Source: a virus. Taken from it: a stretch of 38,014 bases of DNA. The notes beneath the pieces are model-generated. The model was given only the letters and a program-made list of their open reading frames with translations. It ran no database searches and was not told the origin of the DNA. The DNA is taken from UHGV virus genome UHGV-0042156; one strand, given 5' to 3'. Below are positions 8,763 to 16,120 of the stretch, piece after piece; the stretch's first letter is position 1, and each line of letters begins with the position of its first letter. The position numbers and the translations under genes were made by a program.

Positions 8763-8810
8763 TGCCAATCTGTTCCGTTTGGCTACCAGCTTCCTGCTGA
8801 TGGCTTAAAG

Positions 8811-8893
8811 ATAACTTAGGTTATAGGTGTGGTCAATAACCTAATTTATATTTTGTGGTAAATAAGTTATAAGTGATGGATAACAAAGGTATT
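8811..8893. promoter_or_regulatory. OL operator cluster / pL region
   Basis: Three 14-bp sites ATAAC-N4-GTTAT: ATAACTTAGGTTAT (8811), ATAACCTAATTTAT (8836), ATAACAAAGGTATT (8880); same consensus as OR. Confidence 0.5.
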
Positions 8894-9027
8894 TTATTTT
8901 TGTAAATGTTGCTGATTGATTGGTGTTTGAGGGCTTGCGTGCGGGGTGAAGGTGTTACCTTTGGCTTGATGCTTGTCTATGATGAGGATGGTTGATTGGG
9001 TGGTGAACGGCAGGGAAAGAAAAACCC

Positions 9028-9117
9028 NNNNNNNNNNNNNNNNNNNNNNNNNNNNNNNNNNNNNNNNNNNNNNNNNNNNNNNNNNNNNNNNNNNNNNNNN
9101 NNNNNNNNNNNNNNNNN
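9028..9117. other. Run of 90 N (assembly gap or masked sequence)
   Basis: Literal n characters; flanked on both sides by ccc. Confidence 1.
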
Positions 9118-9142
9118 CCCGGCGCTGAGGCCGGGTGTTTTT
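9118..9142. terminator. Terminator hairpin (lambda tImm-like) abutting the N-run
   Basis: CCCGGC-GCTGAG-GCCGGG then TGTTTTT on plus strand; on minus strand the same hairpin follows the stop of the 9141..9437 gene, with its T-tract (aaagaaaaa at 9017..9025) on the other side of the gap. Confidence 0.5.
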
Positions 9143-9437
9143 AGTCCTTTCTATTGCTTAGCATTTCGTCGATTTCTAAGTCAATACGATATTGATCTAT
9201 TGCTTTTCTCTCGTTTGGGGTTGGTATTTTATACTGTTCAATTAGATCTGTTGTGTATTTTATTTCATCTAATGTGATTTTTATATCAGAGAGAATCTCT
9301 TTTATATCAATTAGATGCTCTTCTTCTTTTGCGCGATTAGAGCTATGTTCAATCATTTGAGATAGCTTTTTGCTAATGCTTAGCAAAACAAAAAGAATGA
9401 TGACCAAAACAACAACAAAAACTATCAGAAATTCCAT
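9141..9437 (-). CDS. Small single-pass membrane protein co-transcribed with cI (candidate exclusion/abortive-infection protein)
   Basis: 98-aa ORF, N-terminal hydrophobic helix (EFLIVFVVVLVIILFVLLSI) then charged coiled-coil; GGAGGG SD 3 nt before ATG; very AT-rich; occupies the rexAB slot. Confidence 0.7.
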   Translation of the reverse strand: MEFLIVFVVVLVIILFVLLSISKKLSQMIEHSSNRAKEEEHLIDIKEILSDIKITLDEIKYTTDLIEQYKIPTPNERKAIDQYRIDLEIDEMLSNRKD

Positions 9438-9477
9438 TATCCCTCCGCACTTCCGTAAGTCTTCTTCTGATTATCGG

Positions 9478-10185
9478 TTACCAACTATGAGACGACCAGA
9501 ATACTCTGCCAATAATCCTTACGGTTTCATGAAATTCATCTCTATCCATTACTTCATCCGGGTACTCTTCGCGATTTATTGATCTGATTATCACCGATGT
9601 AGGGGTGGCGATTAATGTTTTTACTCGTAACAAATCAGACTGGCAAATAGCGTAGGTTTTACCATCTCTGATTGTGGTATCTTGCGTGTTAACACCAACA
9701 ACATCGCCATCGTGAAGCGTTGGTTCCATGCTTTGCCCTACAACCCTAACTAGCTTGGCTGATCTTTCAGATACTCCCATCTTTTTCAGATAGTGCTTTC
9801 TGAAAACCAAAGAGAACTCCGATGATTCCTCTAGCTCGCAGCTACCGCTTCCAGCTGAAAGCGAAACGTTAAGAAGAGGCAACGCAACAAACTCGTCATC
9901 GTTTCTTTTAATGTCTTCCCATACCACAGCTTTTAAAGATGACTCACGGACATTGGATGGTTCTTCATGTGCACCATCCCTCATTTCACCAATACCAGAA
10001 CTAAGCCATTCAGGGCGCACTTTTAAAGCATTGGCTAATTCAACCATCTTGCGAGATCCGTTTGTTTTACCGGACGACATCTTCTGTATGGCTGGCTGAG
10101 ATATTCCAACCATGTCAGCAAGCTGTGATTGTGATACCCCAGCTGAGCTCATGGCTGCATTTAGTCTTTCTGCGAATGTTTTCAT
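9478..10185 (-). CDS. cI: CI-type repressor (HTH plus S24 LexA-like autopeptidase domain)
   Basis: 235-aa ORF; N-terminal HTH (SQSQLADMVGISQPAIQKM); C-terminal Ser/Lys dyad context (VGQSMEPTL ... RVK); divergent from cro across an operator region. Confidence 0.9.
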   Translation of the reverse strand: MKTFAERLNAAMSSAGVSQSQLADMVGISQPAIQKMSSGKTNGSRKMVELANALKVRPEWLSSGIGEMRDGAHEEPSNVRESSLKAVVWEDIKRNDDEFVALPLLNVSLSAGSGSCELEESSEFSLVFRKHYLKKMGVSERSAKLVRVVGQSMEPTLHDGDVVGVNTQDTTIRDGKTYAICQSDLLRVKTLIATPTSVIIRSINREEYPDEVMDRDEFHETVRIIGRVFWSSHSW

Positions 10186-10196
10186 ACCACAAATCT

Positions 10197-10272
10197 ATAA
10201 CTACGGTTATCCAAAGTAAAATAACAAAGGTTATTGCTATTTTTTATAACTTGAGTTATCTTTGGTTATAAT
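10197..10272. promoter_or_regulatory. OR operator cluster with pR -10
   Basis: Three ATAAC-N4-GTTAT sites at 10197, 10221, 10246 (24-25 bp spacing); TATAAT at 10267..10272 upstream of cro. Confidence 0.55.
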
Positions 10273-10295
10273 TAATGACCACAAGAGGTATGCTC

Positions 10296-10520
10296 ATGAA
10301 TTTAGTAATTCAACGAGCCTTGAAAATTGTCGGTAGCCAAAAGCGCCTTGCCGACAAGTGTGGTGTAACGCAGCCAGCAGTACACAAATGGCTGAAAGGC
10401 GGATTGGTCTCTCCAGAGAAAGTTACCGCCATCGTTAACGCCACTGGAGGGCAGATCAAGGCTTACGAAATTCGCCCCGATTTGCCACACCTGTTTCCAA
10501 AACCGAATCAGGCAGCATAA
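10296..10520 (+). CDS. cro: Cro-like HTH regulator
   Basis: 74-aa ORF from MNLVIQRALKIVGSQKRLADKCGVTQPAVHKW; AGAGG 7 nt upstream; ORF-track start 10275 would lie upstream of the predicted transcript start. Confidence 0.75.
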   Translation: MNLVIQRALKIVGSQKRLADKCGVTQPAVHKWLKGGLVSPEKVTAIVNATGGQIKAYEIRPDLPHLFPKPNQAA

Positions 10521-10527
10521 GTAACAC

Positions 10528-10571
10528 CGCTCTTTAACAGTCATGGTCATCATTCCCGCCGAAATGCGGGA
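10528..10571 (+). promoter_or_regulatory. nutR (boxA CGCTCTTTAACA, boxB TCCCGC-CGAAAT-GCGGGA)
   Basis: boxA consensus then hairpin identical to nutL boxB; between cro and cII. Confidence 0.55.
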
Positions 10572-10629
10572 ATACAACGCGCATAATTTGATGCGCATAA
10601 CTTCTTATTTGTTAAGGAAATACTTACAT

Positions 10630-10908
10630 ATGCAACTTACAAGTACTCGCAAGAAAGCGAATGCAATTACAAGCAACATCCTGAATAGAATTGCTGTACG
10701 TGGTCAGCGAAAGGTTGCCGACGCGTTAGGGATTAATGAATCGCAAATTTCGCGATGGAAAGACAGCTTCATCCCCAAAATGGGAATGCTTCTGGCTGTT
10801 CTTGAATGGGGTGTTGTTGATGATGAGATGGCGAGACTTGCTCAGCAGGTGGCATCGATTCTCACAAAAGAAAAACGCCCAGCTGTTGGTAGCAGTCTGG
10901 ACGCTTAA
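10630..10908 (+). CDS. cII: CII transcriptional activator
   Basis: 92 aa; ...DALGINESQISRWKDSFIPKMGMLLAVLEWGVVDDEMARLAQQVASILT is colinear with lambda CII; ORF-track start 10543 spans nutR and is rejected. Confidence 0.85.
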   Translation: MQLTSTRKKANAITSNILNRIAVRGQRKVADALGINESQISRWKDSFIPKMGMLLAVLEWGVVDDEMARLAQQVASILTKEKRPAVGSSLDA

Positions 10909-10942
10909 GCACACTGTGTTACGCCAAGTAACAGGAGTAATT

Positions 10943-11347
10943 ATGCCAGGACAAACCAAGCAAGTAAACACCGGCATAAAGGCCGGTGACAAGTTCGAAA
11001 CCGTATATCCATTTATCTTCGTATGCACAGATTATCAGTCTTATGACGGCAACGTGCATACCGATGAGCGCTGGATTGGCGGTTGTCACAAAAATTATGA
11101 GCCAGCCGATTGTGGTTATGGTGATCAGTGTTTTTACACCGCTGATGCTGAAGGAAAGAGAATTCTTGAGGTTCTGGCAGTGGTGGAAATGCCAGGCAAC
11201 TGGCAGCGCAGAATCATTTATTCGTGCCACCTCATAGAGCCTGAAGGCAAGGAGAGGAAAGGAAGGAAGGCTTACACAGTCACCGAATCAAGGTTTTTAA
11301 AAATGTCTACTGGTTACTTCGCTGATTACGAAGTAGAGGAGGCTTAA
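10943..11347 (+). CDS. Hypothetical Cys-rich protein between cII and O (134 aa)
   Basis: AGGAG SD 5 nt before ATG at 10943; ORF-track start 10736 overlaps cII out of frame and is rejected. Confidence 0.7.
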   Translation: MPGQTKQVNTGIKAGDKFETVYPFIFVCTDYQSYDGNVHTDERWIGGCHKNYEPADCGYGDQCFYTADAEGKRILEVLAVVEMPGNWQRRIIYSCHLIEPEGKERKGRKAYTVTESRFLKMSTGYFADYEVEEA

Positions 11348-11489
11348 TGACAAAACCACTCAGTCCTTACCAGGACAAAATTCACAAACACATACTACGT
11401 GATCGCTTCCTGTCCAGCTTCAAGCAGCCTGGTCGATTCCGGGCTGAGTTGGAAAAAGTGAAGCTGATGCAGAAGGAGAAAGGTCATGA
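11347..11489 (+). CDS. Small hypothetical protein (47 aa), coupled between upstream gene and O
   Basis: Start overlaps upstream stop (TAATG), stop overlaps O start (ATGA); manual translation [48 protein letters not shown]. Confidence 0.5.
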
Positions 11490-12346
11490 GTAATCTTGCA
11501 ACCGTAACACATTTAAGGCCTTCACAACGGCCTGTGGAGCGTCGTGTGGCAGAAGTTGAAGATGGTTATACCCGTCTTGCAAATGCCCTGTATGAAGAGC
11601 TTATCGGCGCAGATTTAACGAAAAATCAGAGCAAGGTTGCCCACGCCATATGCCGTAAAACATACGGCTACGGTAAAAAGATGGATCGCATCTCTGATAG
11701 TCAGTTAGCTCAAATTACCAGGCTGCCAAGACAGAAGGTAAACAAGGCCAAGAATGAGCTTATCGCGATGAAGGTTATCCTTCGCGAAGGCCAGCAAATC
11801 GGGCCTAACAAGAACATCGAGGAATGGCAAATAGAAGGGTGTCACTACTCTGGTGATAATGTCACTGCATTGGTGACAAAAAGTGTCACCAAAACGGTGA
11901 CAGCGCTGTCACCAAAACAGGGACACACAAAAGAAACTATTACAAAAGAAAAAAGAAATAATAAAAACACTATGTCCGAAAGTGTTCGGACGGAGTGTGA
12001 AAAATCACATGACCGTCACGAAGAAACCGACAAGGCATTCGAGGAAATATTCTGGTGTGCAGGCATGCGGAAAGCCGGGAAGAAAAACGCAGCTTCGGCA
12101 TTCAGAACACAGTTCAGGGAATGGCGTAAAACTACCAGGGGTACGGCAAGCGAGTTTGCCACGATGCTGGCAGAAGACATCGCATGCAGGAATGGTAAGC
12201 AGTTCGGATTCGACAGGTTGTTACCATCGAGCTACCTGAACGGTCAGCGCTGGAACGACGAAAAGCCAGAAACCATTCAACCACAATCCAAACCATCATC
12301 CGCAATCACCGTATCGAAAACTGGCTACGTGTTTTTCGACAGGTGA
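11486..12346 (+). CDS. O: Replication initiator O (lambda O-like N-terminal domain)
   Basis: N-terminus [61 protein letters not shown] colinear with lambda O; iterons lie inside the gene. Confidence 0.85.
   Translation: MSNLATVTHLRPSQRPVERRVAEVEDGYTRLANALYEELIGADLTKNQSKVAHAICRKTYGYGKKMDRISDSQLAQITRLPRQKVNKAKNELIAMKVILREGQQIGPNKNIEEWQIEGCHYSGDNVTALVTKSVTKTVTALSPKQGHTKETITKEKRNNKNTMSESVRTECEKSHDRHEETDKAFEEIFWCAGMRKAGKKNAASAFRTQFREWRKTTRGTASEFATMLAEDIACRNGKQFGFDRLLPSSYLNGQRWNDEKPETIQPQSKPSSAITVSKTGYVFFDR
11841..11970. repeat. Replication origin: GTCAC/GGTGACA iteron array plus AT-rich tract
   Basis: Repeats GTCAC(11841), GGTGA(11852), GTCAC(11861), GGTGACA(11872), GTGTCACC(11883), GGTGACA(11896), TGTCACC(11907); then aaagaaactattacaaaagaaaaaagaaataataaaaac. 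Confidence 0.6.
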
Positions 12347-12453
12347 ACCATGAAATCAAAAATCAAATCGCTACTGGTCGCTGGTTATAACCACGGCTGG
12401 TTAAGTATTTCGTTTGTCGATTTCTGGTTTAAAAATCTCAATCTGAGGGAATC

Positions 12454-14334
12454 ATGAGGCCAAGTGAACTCAGCGACCTGCTTTGGGCGCAGGTTGACAG
12501 GGTGGCTCCGCACCTGTTGCCAAACGGCAAGAAAGATGGGCATGAGTGGGTTGCCGGTAACGTCAACGGTGACAAGGGAAACAGCCTTAAGGTCAATCTT
12601 AGCGGCAAGAAAAAATGGGCTGATTTCGCTGAGGGGGACGGCGGTGACATGCTTGATTTGTGGATGGCATGTCGTGGAATTAACCTGCATCAGGCTATGC
12701 AGGAAGCGAAAGCATTTCTCGGTATCAAGGATGACGATCACCATTTCGATGCCAAACGTGAGAAGAAATTCTCCAGACCTGATCGCAAGAAAATCGCCCG
12801 CTACGTTACCAGAACAGAATCCCATCTTGAGTACCTGCAATCGCGTGGCATATCGCCAGAAGTCGTAAAGCGCTACGAGGTTGTCAGCGGCAAGGTGTGG
12901 AATGGAGAGCGGGAACTGGATGCTCTGGTGATTCCGTACAAACGCGATGGTGAGTTGTTGCAGGTAAAGCGAATCAGCACTGAGCGCCCGGACGGGAAGA
13001 AAGTTATTATGGCAGAAGGTGATTGCGAACCTTGTCTGTTCGGATGGCAGGCTCTGGACGCTGGCGTGAGGGCGGTTGTGCTTTGCGAAGGCGAAATTGA
13101 TTGTATGAGCTATGCGCAATACGGCATCTCGGCGTTATCCGTGCCGTTTGGTGGCGGGAAAGGCGCTAAGCAACAGTGGATTGAGTTTGAGTATCACAAC
13201 CTCGACAGGTTTGAGGAAATATTCATCTCGATGGACGTTGATGATGTTGGTCGTGAAGCCGCAAGGGAAATTGCAAGCCGACTTGGTGAACATCGTTGCC
13301 GTCTTGTTACTCTGCCGTACAAAGACATCAACGAATGCCTGATGAACGGTGTTACCGAGGATGAAATCTGGCAGTACATCGGCACGGCATCCTACTTCGA
13401 TCCTGAAGAACTCTACAGCGCGCGAGAGTTTTACCAGGACACTATCAACGCTTTCTACGGCAAGCAGCAGTATCTGTTTAATCCACCGTGGGAATCTCTG
13501 GCAGATAAATTCCAGTTCCGTGAGGCAGAGTTGACGCTGGTCAATGGTGTGAACGGTCACGGAAAAACGGAGGTTGTCGGGCATATGGCACTTGAGGCAA
13601 TGCGTCATGGTGTGAAGACGTGCATCGCGTCACTTGAGCTGAAGCCTGGTATTCTCCTTAAGCGCCTTACCCGTCAGGCGACGTGCTGCAAGATGCCGCC
13701 AGTGCTGGAAATTGACTCTGCATTTAAATTTTATGACGAAAGACTTTGGGTGTTTGGTCTGACCGGAACGGCGAAAGCCGACAGGCTGATCGAAATATTC
13801 GACTACGCTCGCCGCCGATACGGGATCCAGTTATTCATCATCGACAGCCTGATGAAATGTGGCATAGGCGACGATGACTATAACGGGCAGAAGGCGTTTG
13901 TTGACTCGATTTGCGACTTCAAAAACAAAACAAACTCCCACGTCATTCTCGTTACTCACTCGCGAAAAGGAGACAGCGAAGAAAAACCAACCGGGAAAAT
14001 GGACGTAAAAGGCTCTGGAGCGATAACAGACCTGACAGACAACCTTTTCATCATCTGGCGTAACAAGGCTCGCGAGAGAGCGTTACAGAGAGTTCAGAGT
14101 GGTGAAAAGATGTCAGAGAAGGACGAACAGCTACTGGCATCTCCGGCATCTGTTTTGATGCTTGAAAAACAACGTAACGGCGAAGGTTGGGAAGGTGGCG
14201 TCCCTTTGTTCCTTGACGAGCAATCGCACCAGTTCCTGCAACTTGAATCAGGATCGCCTTATAGCTACATCGCCAATATGCCGAAATCGGAATATGACGA
14301 GGCGTGGCGACAGGAAAACGTGACGGAGTATTAA
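12454..14334 (+). CDS. Bifunctional primase-helicase (Toprim primase plus DnaB/RecA-like ATPase)
   Basis: 626-aa ORF; Toprim-like acidic cluster (VVLCEGEIDCMS, DVDDVGRE); Walker A GVNGHGKT and Walker B-like LFIIDSL; GAGGGA SD; occupies the lambda P slot. Confidence 0.8.
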   Translation: MRPSELSDLLWAQVDRVAPHLLPNGKKDGHEWVAGNVNGDKGNSLKVNLSGKKKWADFAEGDGGDMLDLWMACRGINLHQAMQEAKAFLGIKDDDHHFDAKREKKFSRPDRKKIARYVTRTESHLEYLQSRGISPEVVKRYEVVSGKVWNGERELDALVIPYKRDGELLQVKRISTERPDGKKVIMAEGDCEPCLFGWQALDAGVRAVVLCEGEIDCMSYAQYGISALSVPFGGGKGAKQQWIEFEYHNLDRFEEIFISMDVDDVGREAAREIASRLGEHRCRLVTLPYKDINECLMNGVTEDEIWQYIGTASYFDPEELYSAREFYQDTINAFYGKQQYLFNPPWESLADKFQFREAELTLVNGVNGHGKTEVVGHMALEAMRHGVKTCIASLELKPGILLKRLTRQATCCKMPPVLEIDSAFKFYDERLWVFGLTGTAKADRLIEIFDYARRRYGIQLFIIDSLMKCGIGDDDYNGQKAFVDSICDFKNKTNSHVILVTHSRKGDSEEKPTGKMDVKGSGAITDLTDNLFIIWRNKARERALQRVQSGEKMSEKDEQLLASPASVLMLEKQRNGEGWEGGVPLFLDEQSHQFLQLESGSPYSYIANMPKSEYDEAWRQENVTEY

Positions 14335-14363
14335 ATGACCATCTACATCACTGAGCTAATAAC

Positions 14364-14395
14364 AGGCCTGCTGGTAATCGCAGGCCTTTTTATTT
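14364..14395 (+). terminator. Rho-independent terminator (tR2-like) before nin region
   Basis: AGGCCTGC-TGGTAATC-GCAGGCCT followed by TTTTTATTT. Confidence 0.65.
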
Positions 14396-14411
14396 GGGGG
14401 AGAGGGAAGTC

Positions 14412-14828
14412 ATGAAAAAGCTAACCTTTGAAATTCGATCTCCAGCACATCAGCAAAACGCTATTCACGCAGTACAGCAAATCCTTCCAGACCCAACCAA
14501 GCCAATCGTAGTAACCATTCAGGAGCGCAACCGCAGCATTCGGCAAAATGCACGCCTTCACGCGATGCTATCTGAAATAAGTAAGAAGGCTACATATCAT
14601 GGAAAAGTAAGAAATATTGAGTTTTGGAAGGGGTTATTCGTTTCTGGTTGGCAGATTGCAACCAACCAGCACCCTGAGATTATATCAGGGTTAGAAGGTG
14701 AGCTAATAAACATCAGAGAGAGTACGGCGACTCTATCTGTAAAAAAAATATCCGAAATAATGGACTACATAGAAGCATATTGTGCCATGAACTCAATTCA
14801 TCTTAGCGAATGGAGGAATTATGATTGA
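14412..14828 (+). CDS. ninB: NinB recombination protein (3' part divergent)
   Basis: MKKLTFEIRSPAHQQNAIHAVQQILPDPTKPIVVTIQERNRS matches lambda NinB as recalled, then continues in AT-rich divergent sequence to a new C-terminus. Confidence 0.85.
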   Translation: MKKLTFEIRSPAHQQNAIHAVQQILPDPTKPIVVTIQERNRSIRQNARLHAMLSEISKKATYHGKVRNIEFWKGLFVSGWQIATNQHPEIISGLEGELINIRESTATLSVKKISEIMDYIEAYCAMNSIHLSEWRNYD

Positions 14829-15394
14829 GGTTTGGGTAGATATCGAAGGGATTCCATTTTATCAGGTTAGCAATAAAGGAAATTTCAGGTCTATTACGAG
14901 GGAAGTTACAGTAACATCAACCAGACAGAGGCCATATAAGAAAATAATTAATGGCACTAGCGTAAAACCATTCAAGTGCAAGTCGACAGGATATCTTCAA
15001 ATAAAGGTATACGGTAAGAAATACAGCGCCCACAGGATAGTTGCGAAAGCATTCTGTACAGGGTTCTGTGATGGCTTGGTAGTTAATCACAAAAATGGGC
15101 AAAGAGATGACAATAGGGCTGAAAACCTTGAATGGGTATCACATTCTGAAAACTCAAAGCACGGATATAAACAAAATGGAAGAATACCTATATCGCTAGG
15201 TAAATTTAGTGGTGATCATCCTGCCAGTAAAGCTGTTATTTCTACTGACATGAAAACTGGTGAGGAGGTTTATTATGAAGCAGCTATGGATGCTGTCAGA
15301 GAAGGATTTGATAGTTCGTCAATTAGTCGTTGCTGTAATGGCGAAAGCTCATATCACAAAGGAAGATTCTGGCGATTTGCAAATGAAACAATGA
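14530..15394 (+). mobile_element. Putative HNH cassette: divergent ninB 3' segment plus HNH gene
   Basis: AT-rich block beginning where ninB diverges from lambda and ending where lambda-like ninB tail codons (KARWGDRAA) resume, now fused to the HNH ORF. Confidence 0.4.
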
Positions 15395-15423
15395 AAGCGA
15401 GATGGGGAGATCGGGCTGCATGA
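14821..15423 (+). CDS. HNH endonuclease (NUMOD4 plus HNH), C-terminally fused to ninB tail codons
   Basis: GIPFYQVSNKGNFRS (NUMOD4-like), VNHKNGQRDDNRAENLEWVSHSEN (HNH); ends ...[10 protein letters not shown]. Confidence 0.8.
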   Translation: MIEVWVDIEGIPFYQVSNKGNFRSITREVTVTSTRQRPYKKIINGTSVKPFKCKSTGYLQIKVYGKKYSAHRIVAKAFCTGFCDGLVVNHKNGQRDDNRAENLEWVSHSENSKHGYKQNGRIPISLGKFSGDHPASKAVISTDMKTGEEVYYEAAMDAVREGFDSSSISRCCNGESSYHKGRFWRFANETMKARWGDRAA

Positions 15424-15947
15424 CTATCAAATCAAATACACCAGCACACGACAAGGACTGCTGGAGAACGCCGCTTTGGCTTTTTGATGCACTGGATATT
15501 GAGTTTGGATTCTGGCTGGATTCGGCAGCGAGCGACAAAAATGCTCTGTGCGCTCACTGGCTAACTGAGGCCGACGACGCACTCAATTCTGAGTGGATAA
15601 GCCGCGGTGCAATCTGGAATAACCCACCGTACAGCAATATCAGGCCGTGGGTGGAAAAAGCCGCTGAGCAGTGCATACAACAGCGCCAGACGGTAGTGAT
15701 GCTTGTGCCAGAGGATATGTCTGTCGGATGGTTCAGCAAGGCTCTGGAGAGTGTTGACGAAGTTCGCATCATCACTGATGGACGGATTAATTTTATCGAA
15801 CCATCGACAGGGCTGGAGAAGAAGGGAAACAGCAAAGGTTCCATGCTGCTGATTTGGCGACCGTTCATCAGTCCTCGACGGATGTTTACTACCGTATCCA
15901 AAGCGGCATTGATGGCGATCGGGCAGGGCGTCAGGAGGGCTGCATGA
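15420..15947 (+). CDS. Phage DNA N6-adenine methyltransferase
   Basis: NPPY motif (WNNPPYSN); 175 aa; start overlaps HNH stop (ATGA), the junction used by ninC in lambda. Confidence 0.8.
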   Translation: MTIKSNTPAHDKDCWRTPLWLFDALDIEFGFWLDSAASDKNALCAHWLTEADDALNSEWISRGAIWNNPPYSNIRPWVEKAAEQCIQQRQTVVMLVPEDMSVGWFSKALESVDEVRIITDGRINFIEPSTGLEKKGNSKGSMLLIWRPFISPRRMFTTVSKAALMAIGQGVRRAA

Positions 15948-16120
15948 GACGACAGCGACGAAGTATCACCGACATAATCTGCGAAAACTGCAAATACCTT
16001 CCAACTAAACGCTCCAGAAATAAACGCAAGCCAATCCCAAAAGAATCTGACGTAAAAACCTTCAATTACACGGCTCATCTGTGGGATATCCGGTGGCTAA
16101 GACATCGTGCGAGGAAATGA
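15944..16120 (+). CDS. ninE: NinE
   Basis: [58 protein letters not shown], colinear with lambda NinE. Confidence 0.75.
   Translation: MRRQRRSITDIICENCKYLPTKRSRNKRKPIPKESDVKTFNYTAHLWDIRWLRHRARK

Noticed and set aside
9028-9117. N-run as a biological feature such as a repeat or low-complexity region
   Set aside because: Literal ambiguity codes; treated as an assembly or masking gap.
10543-10629. N-terminal extension of the cII ORF (track start 10543)
   Set aside because: Would translate through nutR boxB; conserved CII begins at the ATG at 10630.
10736-10942. N-terminal extension of the ORF called at 10943
   Set aside because: Overlaps cII out of frame; the ATG at 10943 has a canonical AGGAG SD.
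12349-12453. 35-codon ORF between O and the primase-helicase gene
   Set aside because: No recognisable SD and not conserved-looking; left uncalled.
12385-13119. 244-aa minus-strand ORF
   Set aside because: Lies entirely antisense within the primase-helicase gene, which has clear motifs; no SD or operon context.
14335-14415. 26-codon hydrophobic mini-ORF
   Set aside because: Coincides with the tR2-like terminator hairpin; probably non-coding.
15554-16078. 174-aa minus-strand ORF
   Set aside because: Antisense to the methyltransferase and ninE genes in a tightly coupled plus-strand operon.
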